A program made the translations under genes and the position numbers. Positions 20,707-29,837 of a stretch of DNA of 64,000 bases are shown piece by piece. The notes under the pieces were generated by a model, which worked only from the letters and a program-made list of their open reading frames with translations, was not told the origin of the DNA and made no database searches. Origin of the DNA: an uncultured Bacilli bacterium (GTDB taxonomy: Bacteria > Bacillota_I > Bacilli_A > RFN20 > CAG-631); assembly GCA_947627355.1 (NCBI GenBank), contig CANQVX010000004.1:12459-76458 (forward strand), written 5' to 3'. Position 1 is the first letter of the stretch. Each line of letters begins with the position of its first letter.

Positions 20707-21987
20707 ATGAAAGATTATATTAATGTTATAGGAGCAGGTCTTGCTGGAAGTGAAGCGGCTTATCAAATAGCTAAACGTGGTATCAAAGTAAAACTATATG
20801 AACAAAGACCTATAAATAATAGTCCAGCTCATCATACCAATTTATTTGCTGAATTAGTTTGTAGTAATTCACTTAAATCTAATTCACTTGAAAATGCTTG
20901 TGGTTTACTAAAAGAAGAAATGCGTAACCTTGATAGCATTATTATTGATTCTGCCGACAAAAATAAAGTTGAAGCAGGCCAAGCATTAGCTGTTGATAGA
21001 ACTTTATTTGCAACTTATATCACAGAAACTATTAAAAACAATCCATTGATTGAAGTTATCAATCAAGAAGTGGTTGATATTCCTGAAGGAATAACAATTA
21101 TTGCGACAGGTCCACTAACCTCAGATAAGTTATCACTTAAACTTAAAGAAATGTTTCATGAAGAATCATTTTATTTTTATGATGCTGCTGCTCCTTTAGT
21201 TTATAAAGATAGCATTGATATGACTAAGGTTTATTTTAAAGATCGTTATGATAAAGGAAATGCTGATTATATCAATTGTCCATTCACTCAAGAAGAATTC
21301 TTCAAATTCTATGAAAATCTAGTAAATGGTAAGACAGTTGAACTTAAAAACTTTGAAAAAGAAATTTATTTTGAAGGTTGTATGCCAATTGAAGCAATGG
21401 CAAAACGAGGTTATAAAACCTTAACCTTTGGTCCACTAAAACCAGTAGGACTTGAAATCAATAACAAACGACCATTTGCGGTTGTTCAATTAAGACAAGA
21501 TGATAGTGCAAAAGAATTATATAACATTGTTGGTTTTCAAACTAACTTATTGTTTAACGAACAAAAAAGAATATTTCAAATGATTCCAGGTCTTGAAAAT
21601 GCGAGATTTGCAAGATATGGTGTGATGCATCGAAATACTTATCTATGTTCACCAAAAATACTTTATGAAACACTACAATGCAAAGAATATAAAAATATCT
21701 TTATTGCCGGTCAAATGGTAGGTGTTGAAGGTTATGTTGAATCAGCAGCTACTGGAATACTTGCTGCTATCAATGCTATAAACCTATATAAAAACCAAGA
21801 ATTACTAACTTTACCAAGAGAGACTATGTTAGGTAGTTTATGTTATTATATCAGCCATGCATCAGTTACTAAATTTCAACCAATGAATGCAAATTATGGA
21901 ATTTTATCCTTGAATCGTGATAAAATGGAAGTTGCAAAGAAAAGTATTGAGGCGTTAAAGGTATGGAAAATTCAAAACAAGCTGTAG
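20707..21987 (+). CDS. trmFO: methylenetetrahydrofolate--tRNA-(uracil54-C5)-methyltransferase TrmFO (Gid)
   Basis: FAD-binding N-terminus [20 protein letters not shown]. GidA-like fold. SD AAGGAA upstream of the ATG at 20707; the ORF-track start at 20605 overlaps topA. Confidence 0.9.
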   Translation: MKDYINVIGAGLAGSEAAYQIAKRGIKVKLYEQRPINNSPAHHTNLFAELVCSNSLKSNSLENACGLLKEEMRNLDSIIIDSADKNKVEAGQALAVDRTLFATYITETIKNNPLIEVINQEVVDIPEGITIIATGPLTSDKLSLKLKEMFHEESFYFYDAAAPLVYKDSIDMTKVYFKDRYDKGNADYINCPFTQEEFFKFYENLVNGKTVELKNFEKEIYFEGCMPIEAMAKRGYKTLTFGPLKPVGLEINNKRPFAVVQLRQDDSAKELYNIVGFQTNLLFNEQKRIFQMIPGLENARFARYGVMHRNTYLCSPKILYETLQCKEYKNIFIAGQMVGVEGYVESAATGILAAINAINLYKNQELLTLPRETMLGSLCYYISHASVTKFQPMNANYGILSLNRDKMEVAKKSIEALKVWKIQNKL

Positions 21988-22892
21988 ATAGTTATATCGA
22001 TTATTTGTTAAATAACAAAGGTTATTCAATCAATTCATGTAATTCTTATAGAAGAGACTTAAATCAATTTGTTAAGTTTCTAGATGAATATGAAGGCACC
22101 TTAGATGAAGTAAATGAGCCTTTCTTTCGACAATATTTAGCTTATTTACATCAACTTAAACAAAATAAAAGAAGCATTAATCGTAAGATTATATCGATAA
22201 GAGGCTTCTATAATTTTTATATAAAACGAAATAATCTATCTATGGAAAATCCTTTAATCAATATAAGTCTATTAAAGACCGATAAACCATTACCAAAAGA
22301 TTTATTCATGGAACAAATGAAATCATTAATGAATATAACTGAAAAACAATATGAACTTGGTAAAAGAAATCAATGCATAGTATATTTATTGTTTCAAACT
22401 GGTATGCGGGTTAGTGAGCTATGCAATCTAAAACTATATGATGTTGACTTAGAAGATGGTTCAATCAGAGTAATAGGAAAGGGTAATAAAGAAAGAATAG
22501 TATTCTTTAAAGATAATGCAGTTGAATTACTAAATGAATATCTAGAAATCATAAGACCTAAACTATTAGATAAAGATAATCCAACTGATTATTTCTTTTT
22601 AAGCAATAATGGTAAACAAATGTCTAGTAGAGCTATTCAATATCTATTACAAGCAAGAGCTGATGCGGCTCCTATTCCTTTTAAAGTTTCACCTCATATG
22701 TTAAGACATACCTTTGCTACTAATTTATTAAATCATGATGCTGATTTAAAAACTGTTCAAGAACTATTAGGTCATGAAAGTTTATCAACTACTCAAATCT
22801 ATACTCATGTAAGTAAAAAGAGATTAAAAGAAGTTTATGAAGCTTCTCATCCACTGGCTAAAAACTTAAATAAAAATGTAAATAAAGAATAA
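21963..22892 (+). CDS. xerC: tyrosine site-specific recombinase XerC/CodV-like
   Basis: Catalytic C-terminus [12 protein letters not shown]...[16 protein letters not shown] (R..H..R..Y). N-terminal SAM-like core-binding domain. Confidence 0.88.
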   Translation: MENSKQAVDSYIDYLLNNKGYSINSCNSYRRDLNQFVKFLDEYEGTLDEVNEPFFRQYLAYLHQLKQNKRSINRKIISIRGFYNFYIKRNNLSMENPLINISLLKTDKPLPKDLFMEQMKSLMNITEKQYELGKRNQCIVYLLFQTGMRVSELCNLKLYDVDLEDGSIRVIGKGNKERIVFFKDNAVELLNEYLEIIRPKLLDKDNPTDYFFLSNNGKQMSSRAIQYLLQARADAAPIPFKVSPHMLRHTFATNLLNHDADLKTVQELLGHESLSTTQIYTHVSKKRLKEVYEASHPLAKNLNKNVNKE

Positions 22893-22894
22893 GC

Positions 22895-22995
22895 ATTAAA
22901 GATTGTTTCTTAAATGATAAGTGACAATCTTTTTTAATGCAAACAAAAAGACTTCTAACACTTGTTAAAGTTTGTTAAAAGTCTTTTTAAAATAT
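22895..22995. terminator. bidirectional terminator region between convergent xerC and the lipoprotein operon
   Basis: Hairpin AAAGATTGT...ACAATCTTTTTT after xerC on the plus strand. Hairpin AAGACTT...AAGTCTTTTT, which reads as a terminator on the minus strand after the 22999 gene. Confidence 0.55.
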
Positions 22996-22998
22996 TAA

Positions 22999-24477
22999 TT
23001 AGATATTTGCTGTGATTTCTTTTACTCCACCAATATTGTAGAAAGTAATATCACAATAGAAATCACTATCAGCATCATGATAATTATAGAATCTAATTGA
23101 ATCATCATTGATTGTAACAGTGAAATGATTAAGAACAGTATAATAACCATAACTTAAATCAAATGCTAAATAATAATCATTCATTGTGGGATTTGTAATT
23201 AATTTAGGAGCAACATAATGATATTCTTTAGTGTCAGCTACTTTTTCAAAGAATGCTGATGATAAAGCAAATGTAGGAAGCAACTCTTCTCTTAGTAATC
23301 CTTCAACAGGATCGCCAGTTGCTGTTTTTTCAGCTCCAGCGATTGTATATTTTTGATATGTAGTTGTACTTGTTTGTTTATAGCCATAACTTGTGTTATT
23401 TAAGATATCAGTTACTTCAAAAGTGTTTTTTCCATCACTTTTTCCATATGCTAGACAATCATTTCCAGCAGATAACCCATAACCTGATGGATCTTCTGTA
23501 TGATATCTTCTTACCAAGAATTCATAATTTTGTAATTTAAGTGCTTCAATCATTTCATCAAATTCTTCATATTTAGATTCTGGAGCAGATAATTTTGTAG
23601 CAACATCTGCACCAAAGTCAATAAATGTACCTTCCATTTTATGGACTGAGATTGAACCATAACTTTCAGATTGACCTAAGTCCATTTCAAATGTTAGAGG
23701 TTTGTTTTCAGCATCAACTTTTATTTTTAATGAAACTAAGTCTTGTTTCAAGAAATAATGAGATACATAACCATCAATTGAAGGATAGAATTGAGCACTT
23801 ATGCTATTAACTACATTTGCATATTCTAAATCTTCTAGTCTTTCTTCGCTCATATCTAATACAAAATAATCGCCTTCTTTAGTAAAATCAGTTTCTTGTA
23901 ATTTAGCAAAAGCATTAGAAAGTTTAGATTCAGCAAATGTCATTTCAACATCTTCTTCAGAAATAGGATCTTCTAATAAAACTAATTCTTTATTAAGTTC
24001 ACCTTCCAAATTTTTATAAGTAATGTTATAAATCAATCCATCATCTTCTCCTTCTTCATATTGGAATTGTTTATAAACATAACCAGCTTCTTCATCAAAT
24101 GATTCTTTATATCCTAGGAAATAATAAGCAGCAACTACACCGTCTGCAACATGTGATTCATAAAATGTTCTAGAAGGATTAGAAGAATCTAAATAACCTT
24201 TACTATAGATTGTTTGTACAGCAAATCCTTCATTTAAATATGAAAGTAATGGAGCTGCTTGAGTATCAGTTGTTGAACTACTAGAGCTGTCGGTCGAATC
24301 AATAGTTGTACTTGAAGAATTGTCGGTCGAATCGATAGTTGTACTTGTGCTACTGATTTCTCCAGTTGAACTTGAAATAGATGTGCTTGAACTACTATTT
24401 GTACTACTTGTTTCAGTCTCGTTGCATGAAGCAAGAGCAAGTGCTAATAATGAAACTAATAAATATCTTTTTTTCAT
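22999..24477 (-). CDS. secreted lipoprotein, paralog A of a 3-gene family (Ser/Thr-rich linker)
   Basis: Lipobox signal peptide (LLALALASC). Ser/Thr low-complexity linker containing an internal tandem repeat (STTIDSTDxSSS). Shares motifs with the two upstream genes (GxFIDFGxDV, ...). Confidence 0.8.
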   Translation of the reverse strand: MKKRYLLVSLLALALASCNETETSSTNSSSSTSISSSTGEISSTSTTIDSTDNSSSTTIDSTDSSSSSTTDTQAAPLLSYLNEGFAVQTIYSKGYLDSSNPSRTFYESHVADGVVAAYYFLGYKESFDEEAGYVYKQFQYEEGEDDGLIYNITYKNLEGELNKELVLLEDPISEEDVEMTFAESKLSNAFAKLQETDFTKEGDYFVLDMSEERLEDLEYANVVNSISAQFYPSIDGYVSHYFLKQDLVSLKIKVDAENKPLTFEMDLGQSESYGSISVHKMEGTFIDFGADVATKLSAPESKYEEFDEMIEALKLQNYEFLVRRYHTEDPSGYGLSAGNDCLAYGKSDGKNTFEVTDILNNTSYGYKQTSTTTYQKYTIAGAEKTATGDPVEGLLREELLPTFALSSAFFEKVADTKEYHYVAPKLITNPTMNDYYLAFDLSYGYYTVLNHFTVTINDDSIRFYNYHDADSDFYCDITFYNIGGVKEITANI

Positions 24478-24494
24478 GTTGTTATCATTCCTTT

Positions 24495-26159
24495 CTATTC
24501 GATAATTTCATAAGTTGGATAAACTAGTACTTTAGGAGCTACAAAGAAATCTGCAGCCAGATATAAACGAGCACCTAATTTACAAGTTTTTCCATCGATT
24601 TGTACTTCTTTTATGTATAATTCACCTGTTAAGGTATTTGTTTCGTCTAAAATAAAACCATCGTCAACTAATTTAGCTTTATAATCAGTTAATAATTCAT
24701 TACCAGCAGTATAATCATCAACAGGAATTGTAAATACTGTTGTTCTTCCAACATCTAATACAATATAGGAATATGTTTTACCAACGGTAGGAATTAAATC
24801 TAAGGCTTCCTTAGGAATCTTAGTATATAAAGCCGTTAAGTCATCTGGTTGATTACTAGCAAGTGTTGACCAAGTTAGATTATCACAAGTAGCATGAACA
24901 GTATTAATAGTGTTAGTAACTTTATTAATGTCATAGTATTTATATACTTCTTTACCAATACTTAATTGGTTAGTAATTGTGATTGCATCTGCTTCAATAG
25001 TAATTGATATTGTACCTACAGTTTGTTTATTAAGCATACCATAATCAGATGGTTGAGGAACTTCTTTAGAAACATCTTCACGATATGTATAAATAAGCTT
25101 ATTGTCGGTCGATTCAGAACTTTTGTTAAAAAATACGGATGAAATATTAAATGTTGGTAAAGCATTTGCTACACTTCCAGCAAATGGAGCACCATCTTTA
25201 TAATTTTCGGTTCCAAATTTAGTGAATCCTTGAACATTATTACCATCTTGATAATAACCATAACAACCGGTCTTTTTACCTTTTAAGTCATATTCTTCAT
25301 ATAATAGTTTGCCAAGTCCTTCACAAGTAATCTTTAATGTTTTATCAGGCATTATATAATCTAAACGATAGTTATAACTTCTAAGGCTATCAATTGCTTC
25401 TTCAAATTGTTCATCAATTGTTCCTTCAACTAACTTAACTTTATCTATTACATCACTACCATATTCTACAAATTTACCGATAGAATGGTAAGTTGCAGTA
25501 CCATATACAGATGAAAGAGGACTGTAGGTTACATTGTATTCAGTAATATTATAACCATCCATATAAACTTCAAAACTAGCTAGTGTAAGACCAATTAAAC
25601 CACTGAATTGATTAGCAATTCCAGTTGTGATTTTATCATCTAATTGAGCACTGACATGAAGTGAAAACCAATTTAGTTTTCCTTCAACTTTATCAAAATC
25701 AAATGGACTTAAATGGCCAAAGCAGTTACCAAAACCTGAATCATCCCATAAGATTAAATTATAGTCTTGGTCGGCTATTGGATATTTTTTAATTTTATTA
25801 TCAAAGCCTAGTTCGACTTGATGAACATAAGGCCTATTTCCTACTAAATTAGGTTCATAACGGAATTTGTTAGTAACCACATCTCTAGTAGGTTCTAGTG
25901 ATTCTTCATATGATGTATAGGTATAAGCATTAGTAGTAGATGCCACATCAATACATTGAGCTGACATTGTTATATCCGATACACTATAAGAAAATATTGC
26001 TTCAGCTTTATAACCACTAGCTAAATTATCAATCATTTCTTGAGTTATAGTTGAACTAGCAGGTTTTAAACTTGAACTAGTTGAATTAGAATTTTTATTA
26101 CAAGATACTAAACTGACTAACAAAAATCCTAAAGCAAAGAGTTTATTAAACTTCGTCAT
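24495..26159 (-). CDS. secreted lipoprotein, paralog B
   Basis: Lipobox (FLLVSLVSC). Conserved blocks shared with 26174..28009 (FVEYGSDVIDKVKLVEGTIDEQFEEAIDSL; CDNLTWSTLASN; AKLVDDGF). Confidence 0.8.
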   Translation of the reverse strand: MTKFNKLFALGFLLVSLVSCNKNSNSTSSSLKPASSTITQEMIDNLASGYKAEAIFSYSVSDITMSAQCIDVASTTNAYTYTSYEESLEPTRDVVTNKFRYEPNLVGNRPYVHQVELGFDNKIKKYPIADQDYNLILWDDSGFGNCFGHLSPFDFDKVEGKLNWFSLHVSAQLDDKITTGIANQFSGLIGLTLASFEVYMDGYNITEYNVTYSPLSSVYGTATYHSIGKFVEYGSDVIDKVKLVEGTIDEQFEEAIDSLRSYNYRLDYIMPDKTLKITCEGLGKLLYEEYDLKGKKTGCYGYYQDGNNVQGFTKFGTENYKDGAPFAGSVANALPTFNISSVFFNKSSESTDNKLIYTYREDVSKEVPQPSDYGMLNKQTVGTISITIEADAITITNQLSIGKEVYKYYDINKVTNTINTVHATCDNLTWSTLASNQPDDLTALYTKIPKEALDLIPTVGKTYSYIVLDVGRTTVFTIPVDDYTAGNELLTDYKAKLVDDGFILDETNTLTGELYIKEVQIDGKTCKLGARLYLAADFFVAPKVLVYPTYEIIE

Positions 26160-26173
26160 TTTTTATTTACCTC

Positions 26174-28009
26174 TTATCTAGAAGTTAATGATAAAGCAAT
26201 TTGGAATTGACCAAATTCTTGGATTTTATTCCACCAAATACTTAAACTAATGTTCATGTAGTATTGTCTTGTACCAATTGATACTTTTTCAGTTGATTTT
26301 AAAGTTATTTCCATTTCTTCAGCATTTTCTTCAACTACTTCATAACCAGCATCAACTAATTTTTGTTTATAAGTTTCTTCTAAAGTAAGAGCATCAGCTA
26401 AATCATAGATATAGATAAATAATATTTTTCCATCAACATAAACATCACTATGACCTTCACCAATAGTTGGAAGAGCATCAATTATTTCTTTTGAAAATGA
26501 ACTGATTAAGTTTTTACAACCTTGTTCATTGTTAGAAATTAATTGAGTCCAAGTTAGGTCATCACAATCATCATGAATGTTAGCAGCTGGCATTAAATCA
26601 ACGATTTCACCAAACTTAGTATAATTAGCATCAAAGATTAAACCACCACGATCACTATCAGGTTTAGCTGTTTCGTTATGAATGTTAATTTTATCGGCTT
26701 CAATAGTGATTGTAAGATAAATAATACGATCAGCATAACCGTCTGAATCAAATGGAGTGAATTCAGTGATATAGTTATCTAATGAGAAACGAATATCATT
26801 ATTTAATTTCCAAACTTGTTTAGTTTCAGTTGATGAGCTATCTTTTACAAAACATAAAGATGAAATATTGAAATCAGGTAAGAATTCTTCCATTGTACCT
26901 GCATAGATATAATCTTTATAGAAGTCATCACCAATCTTAACTACACCTTGTTTTGCTTCTTCTTGGTCTTCTTCATCAATAAGCTTATAATAACCACCAT
27001 TAGCAAATTTAGTTGTAGCATTAGTATAAACATCATAATTAATTTTGATTCCGTCTTCCACTTGATATTTATAAATACCAGAAACTAAGAATTTTTCTTG
27101 GTCGAAATTATAATTTTGTTGAGTTTGTTCAGCCTCGAAGTTTAAGGCTTTTAATTTATCGATAGCTGCTTTAAATGAAGTATCTTCAGTTCCTTCAAGA
27201 GGTTTAATGTAGTCAACCACATCACTACCAAAATCAATGAAGTTACCATATGATGATCTTACAACATAACCATCACCAGAAGATGTTTGATAGAATGATA
27301 ATTCAAAACCAACTATTTCATCACCATCTGTTTTTAAAATAAATGATTGGATATCTGAACCAGCATCTTCATTAAATAATTGCCACATTAATTTATCATA
27401 AGTATTAGCAGCATATAATGTTGCATTATTTAAATCTAAACGCCAGTTATTTGTGTTATCTACACGTGTAAAATGGCTGGCCCTAATTTCTTTAAAAGCA
27501 TTTGAATAACATCCTTCTTCCCAGGTAAGTTCATATTCTTCATAACTGAAAGGATCTTTTCCTAGTACTGGGCTATAAATGACATCATTTCCAATGCTTA
27601 AGCCAGCATCATATAACATTTTTTCTCCTAATTGTTCAGGATCGATTTGATAATGATAATCATGTGATAATGAGTTTCTTTCATAAGGTTGTTCTTTTGT
27701 TGTTGAATAAACCTTAATGCTTGCATTAAATTCGTTAACACTTAAATCAAGAACTCTAGTTGAAATAGAAGATTCAACATATTCAGTTGTTGTAAATACT
27801 TCGGCTTGATATCCTTGATTTAAAGCAGCAAACATTTCATCAGTTAAAGCAACTGTTGGAGTTACTTGGGTAGTTGATGATTCTACACCACTAGTCGTTG
27901 AACTAGAACTAGAAGAAGAACTCGACTTTGAGTCTTTTTCATTACAGCCAGCAACTAGACATAAAATGGCTAAACTTGATAAAATAAATAAACTTTTTTT
28001 CTTTTGCAT
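26174..28009 (-). CDS. secreted lipoprotein, paralog C
   Basis: Lipobox (LCLVAGC) and a poly-Ser linker. Blocks FIDFGSDVVDYIKPLEGTEDTSFKAAIDKL, CDDLTWTQLISN, QKLVDAGY shared with paralogs A and B. Confidence 0.8.
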   Translation of the reverse strand: MQKKKSLFILSSLAILCLVAGCNEKDSKSSSSSSSSSTTSGVESSTTQVTPTVALTDEMFAALNQGYQAEVFTTTEYVESSISTRVLDLSVNEFNASIKVYSTTKEQPYERNSLSHDYHYQIDPEQLGEKMLYDAGLSIGNDVIYSPVLGKDPFSYEEYELTWEEGCYSNAFKEIRASHFTRVDNTNNWRLDLNNATLYAANTYDKLMWQLFNEDAGSDIQSFILKTDGDEIVGFELSFYQTSSGDGYVVRSSYGNFIDFGSDVVDYIKPLEGTEDTSFKAAIDKLKALNFEAEQTQQNYNFDQEKFLVSGIYKYQVEDGIKINYDVYTNATTKFANGGYYKLIDEEDQEEAKQGVVKIGDDFYKDYIYAGTMEEFLPDFNISSLCFVKDSSSTETKQVWKLNNDIRFSLDNYITEFTPFDSDGYADRIIYLTITIEADKINIHNETAKPDSDRGGLIFDANYTKFGEIVDLMPAANIHDDCDDLTWTQLISNNEQGCKNLISSFSKEIIDALPTIGEGHSDVYVDGKILFIYIYDLADALTLEETYKQKLVDAGYEVVEENAEEMEITLKSTEKVSIGTRQYYMNISLSIWWNKIQEFGQFQIALSLTSR

Positions 28010-28041
28010 ATCTCTTTCTCCCTTATATAGTAATTAGCCGG

Positions 28042-28070
28042 ATTATACCACGTTTTGTCGGTAAATTCAA
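28042..28070 (-). promoter_or_regulatory. strong sigma-A-type promoter for the three-lipoprotein operon
   Basis: Minus strand reads TTGAAT, 17-nt spacer, tgg-TATAAT. The SD GGGAGAAAGAG lies before the ATG at 28009. The downstream paralogs sit at 14-17 bp intervals with no room for their own promoters. Confidence 0.55.
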
Positions 28071-28189
28071 TGTATTTTTTATTTTTTGTTTTTTTGGATG
28101 TCTTTATTAGCCTTTCTTATTTATTAAAAATAAATAAATCTAAAATCCGGTTAATAATTTATTTATATGCAAATAGCAAAAAAATAATT

Positions 28190-28222
28190 CTAAAAATTAA
28201 AAAAAGGTTGCGAGGCAACCTT
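28190..28222 (-). terminator. rho-independent terminator of the amidohydrolase/GPH operon
   Basis: Perfect 8-bp stem AAGGTTGC-gag-GCAACCTT. Followed by a U-run when read on the minus strand. Confidence 0.75.
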
Positions 28223-28241
28223 CAAGATAAATCTAAATTGT

Positions 28242-29837
28242 TTATTTAACTCTAATGCTTCTACCTGAGTTAGCTAGTAATTCTTTATCAAATACTTGGT
28301 TATCGAATACTTTCTTACCATTGATGAAAACATATTTCATACCAGTAGGGAAGTCATCACCTTTAGGATTTTCTTTGATTTCATCAAGACTAAAGATAGA
28401 AATATCAGCATAATTACCAACTTCAAGAGTACCACGTTCTTGAATGTTAAAATGTTTAGCAGTCTTATAACTCATCTTATAAATAGTATCTTCTAAGGAA
28501 TTGAAATGACCTTCTTTTGCTAGTCTTAAAAATCTAGCAAAGGAATTATAAACAGCTGGATTTTGAATTCCTTCTTTTTGATACCAAGCATCAGTCATAA
28601 ACATAGCTAAATCATCTTTAGCAAGTCTATCAATGATTTCATCATTATAATATTTATATAAATAAATACGACCTTCAAAATTGTTTTGGTTACAGATTTC
28701 TAGATATGTTTTTAACTTGCTTTGTTTCTTTTCTTTAGCAATTTCGGCAATATTTTTAGAAATATATTCTTTACCATTATCAACATAAGCAATTTGAATA
28801 TCATCAAAATCAAAGCCTAATAACTTCTTAGTAATAAAGGTTAAGATACTTAAACGAATTCTAGTAAAGAATTTATTTCTTTTTTCAATAGGTAAAGCTT
28901 GATACCACTTAGGTAAGATAACGGTAATACTAGAAGCACCTAAAGGATAAGAATACATATCGAAGCCTGTTTGAATACCATTGTCATTTAGTTTATGTAA
29001 AATAGCTAAAGCTTCATCAACACATTTCCAGCTCTTTTTACCGACAAAAATTAAATGTGAGTTTTCAATTTTACATTTAGTTTCCATACCAATGTCATAG
29101 ATTTCATCAAGAGCTCTAAGTAAATGAGGACGGCCTAATAGTTTTTTATAACCCATTGATACGGCTGAGTTAGCTCTGTTATGAAAAGCCATGATTTTAT
29201 CGTATTTTTTACATAGTCTACCGATATCCATAAGTTCATCTTTTTCAACAAAGATACCAGGACGATACATAAGTCCTACAGATACTCCAACAGCACCATT
29301 AGCTAAAGCATTTTCAAATAAGTCCATCATTTTTTGATAATCTTCTTTAGTCATTTCTTGGTTAACTAGACCATTGATTGAAGCTCTAACACTACCATGA
29401 CCAACAAAACTTGCAACATTAAGCGGAGTATGATTATCTAAAGCATCAAGCCACATCTTGAAGTCAGGATAAGCATTATCTTTATCTAAATCAAAAGTAT
29501 CAGAACCAATTAAATCAATATATTTACCATCTTTATCATAGCCTGTTGTACTATAACCACAATTACCAGTGATAACGGTAGTGATACCTTGACCAACTAA
29601 AGGAATAGCATAGTCAACACGATCTTTAGCTAGAGCATTCCAGTCATTATGAGAATGAGCATCAATAAAGCCTGGAGCGATAACTAAATTACTACAATCA
29701 ATGATTTTACCGGCAAATTCATCGATTTTATCTTGATTAATTTCAACAATTCTATCGTCTTCAATAATAACATTACCAACAAAGGCTTTTTCATTTTTAC
29801 CATTAATGATTAAGCCGTTTTTCAATAAAGTTTTCAT
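28242..29837 (-). CDS. amidohydrolase-superfamily protein (N-acyl-D-amino-acid deacylase/D-aminoacylase-like)
   Basis: N-terminal composite-domain pattern (LLKNGLIINGKN...IIEDDRIVEI). Metal-binding PGFIDAHSHNDW. 531 aa. Confidence 0.6.
   Translation of the reverse strand: MKTLLKNGLIINGKNEKAFVGNVIIEDDRIVEINQDKIDEFAGKIIDCSNLVIAPGFIDAHSHNDWNALAKDRVDYAIPLVGQGITTVITGNCGYSTTGYDKDGKYIDLIGSDTFDLDKDNAYPDFKMWLDALDNHTPLNVASFVGHGSVRASINGLVNQEMTKEDYQKMMDLFENALANGAVGVSVGLMYRPGIFVEKDELMDIGRLCKKYDKIMAFHNRANSAVSMGYKKLLGRPHLLRALDEIYDIGMETKCKIENSHLIFVGKKSWKCVDEALAILHKLNDNGIQTGFDMYSYPLGASSITVILPKWYQALPIEKRNKFFTRIRLSILTFITKKLLGFDFDDIQIAYVDNGKEYISKNIAEIAKEKKQSKLKTYLEICNQNNFEGRIYLYKYYNDEIIDRLAKDDLAMFMTDAWYQKEGIQNPAVYNSFARFLRLAKEGHFNSLEDTIYKMSYKTAKHFNIQERGTLEVGNYADISIFSLDEIKENPKGDDFPTGMKYVFINGKKVFDNQVFDKELLANSGRSIRVK

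Noticed and set aside
28033-28154. Invertible (fim-like) promoter switch for the lipoprotein operon.
   Set aside because: The left repeat overlaps the -10 hexamer of a promoter that already points toward the operon. No recombinase gene is adjacent, and the repeats are imperfect at 10/13. An operator or looping site is more parsimonious, so it is reported only as a finding.
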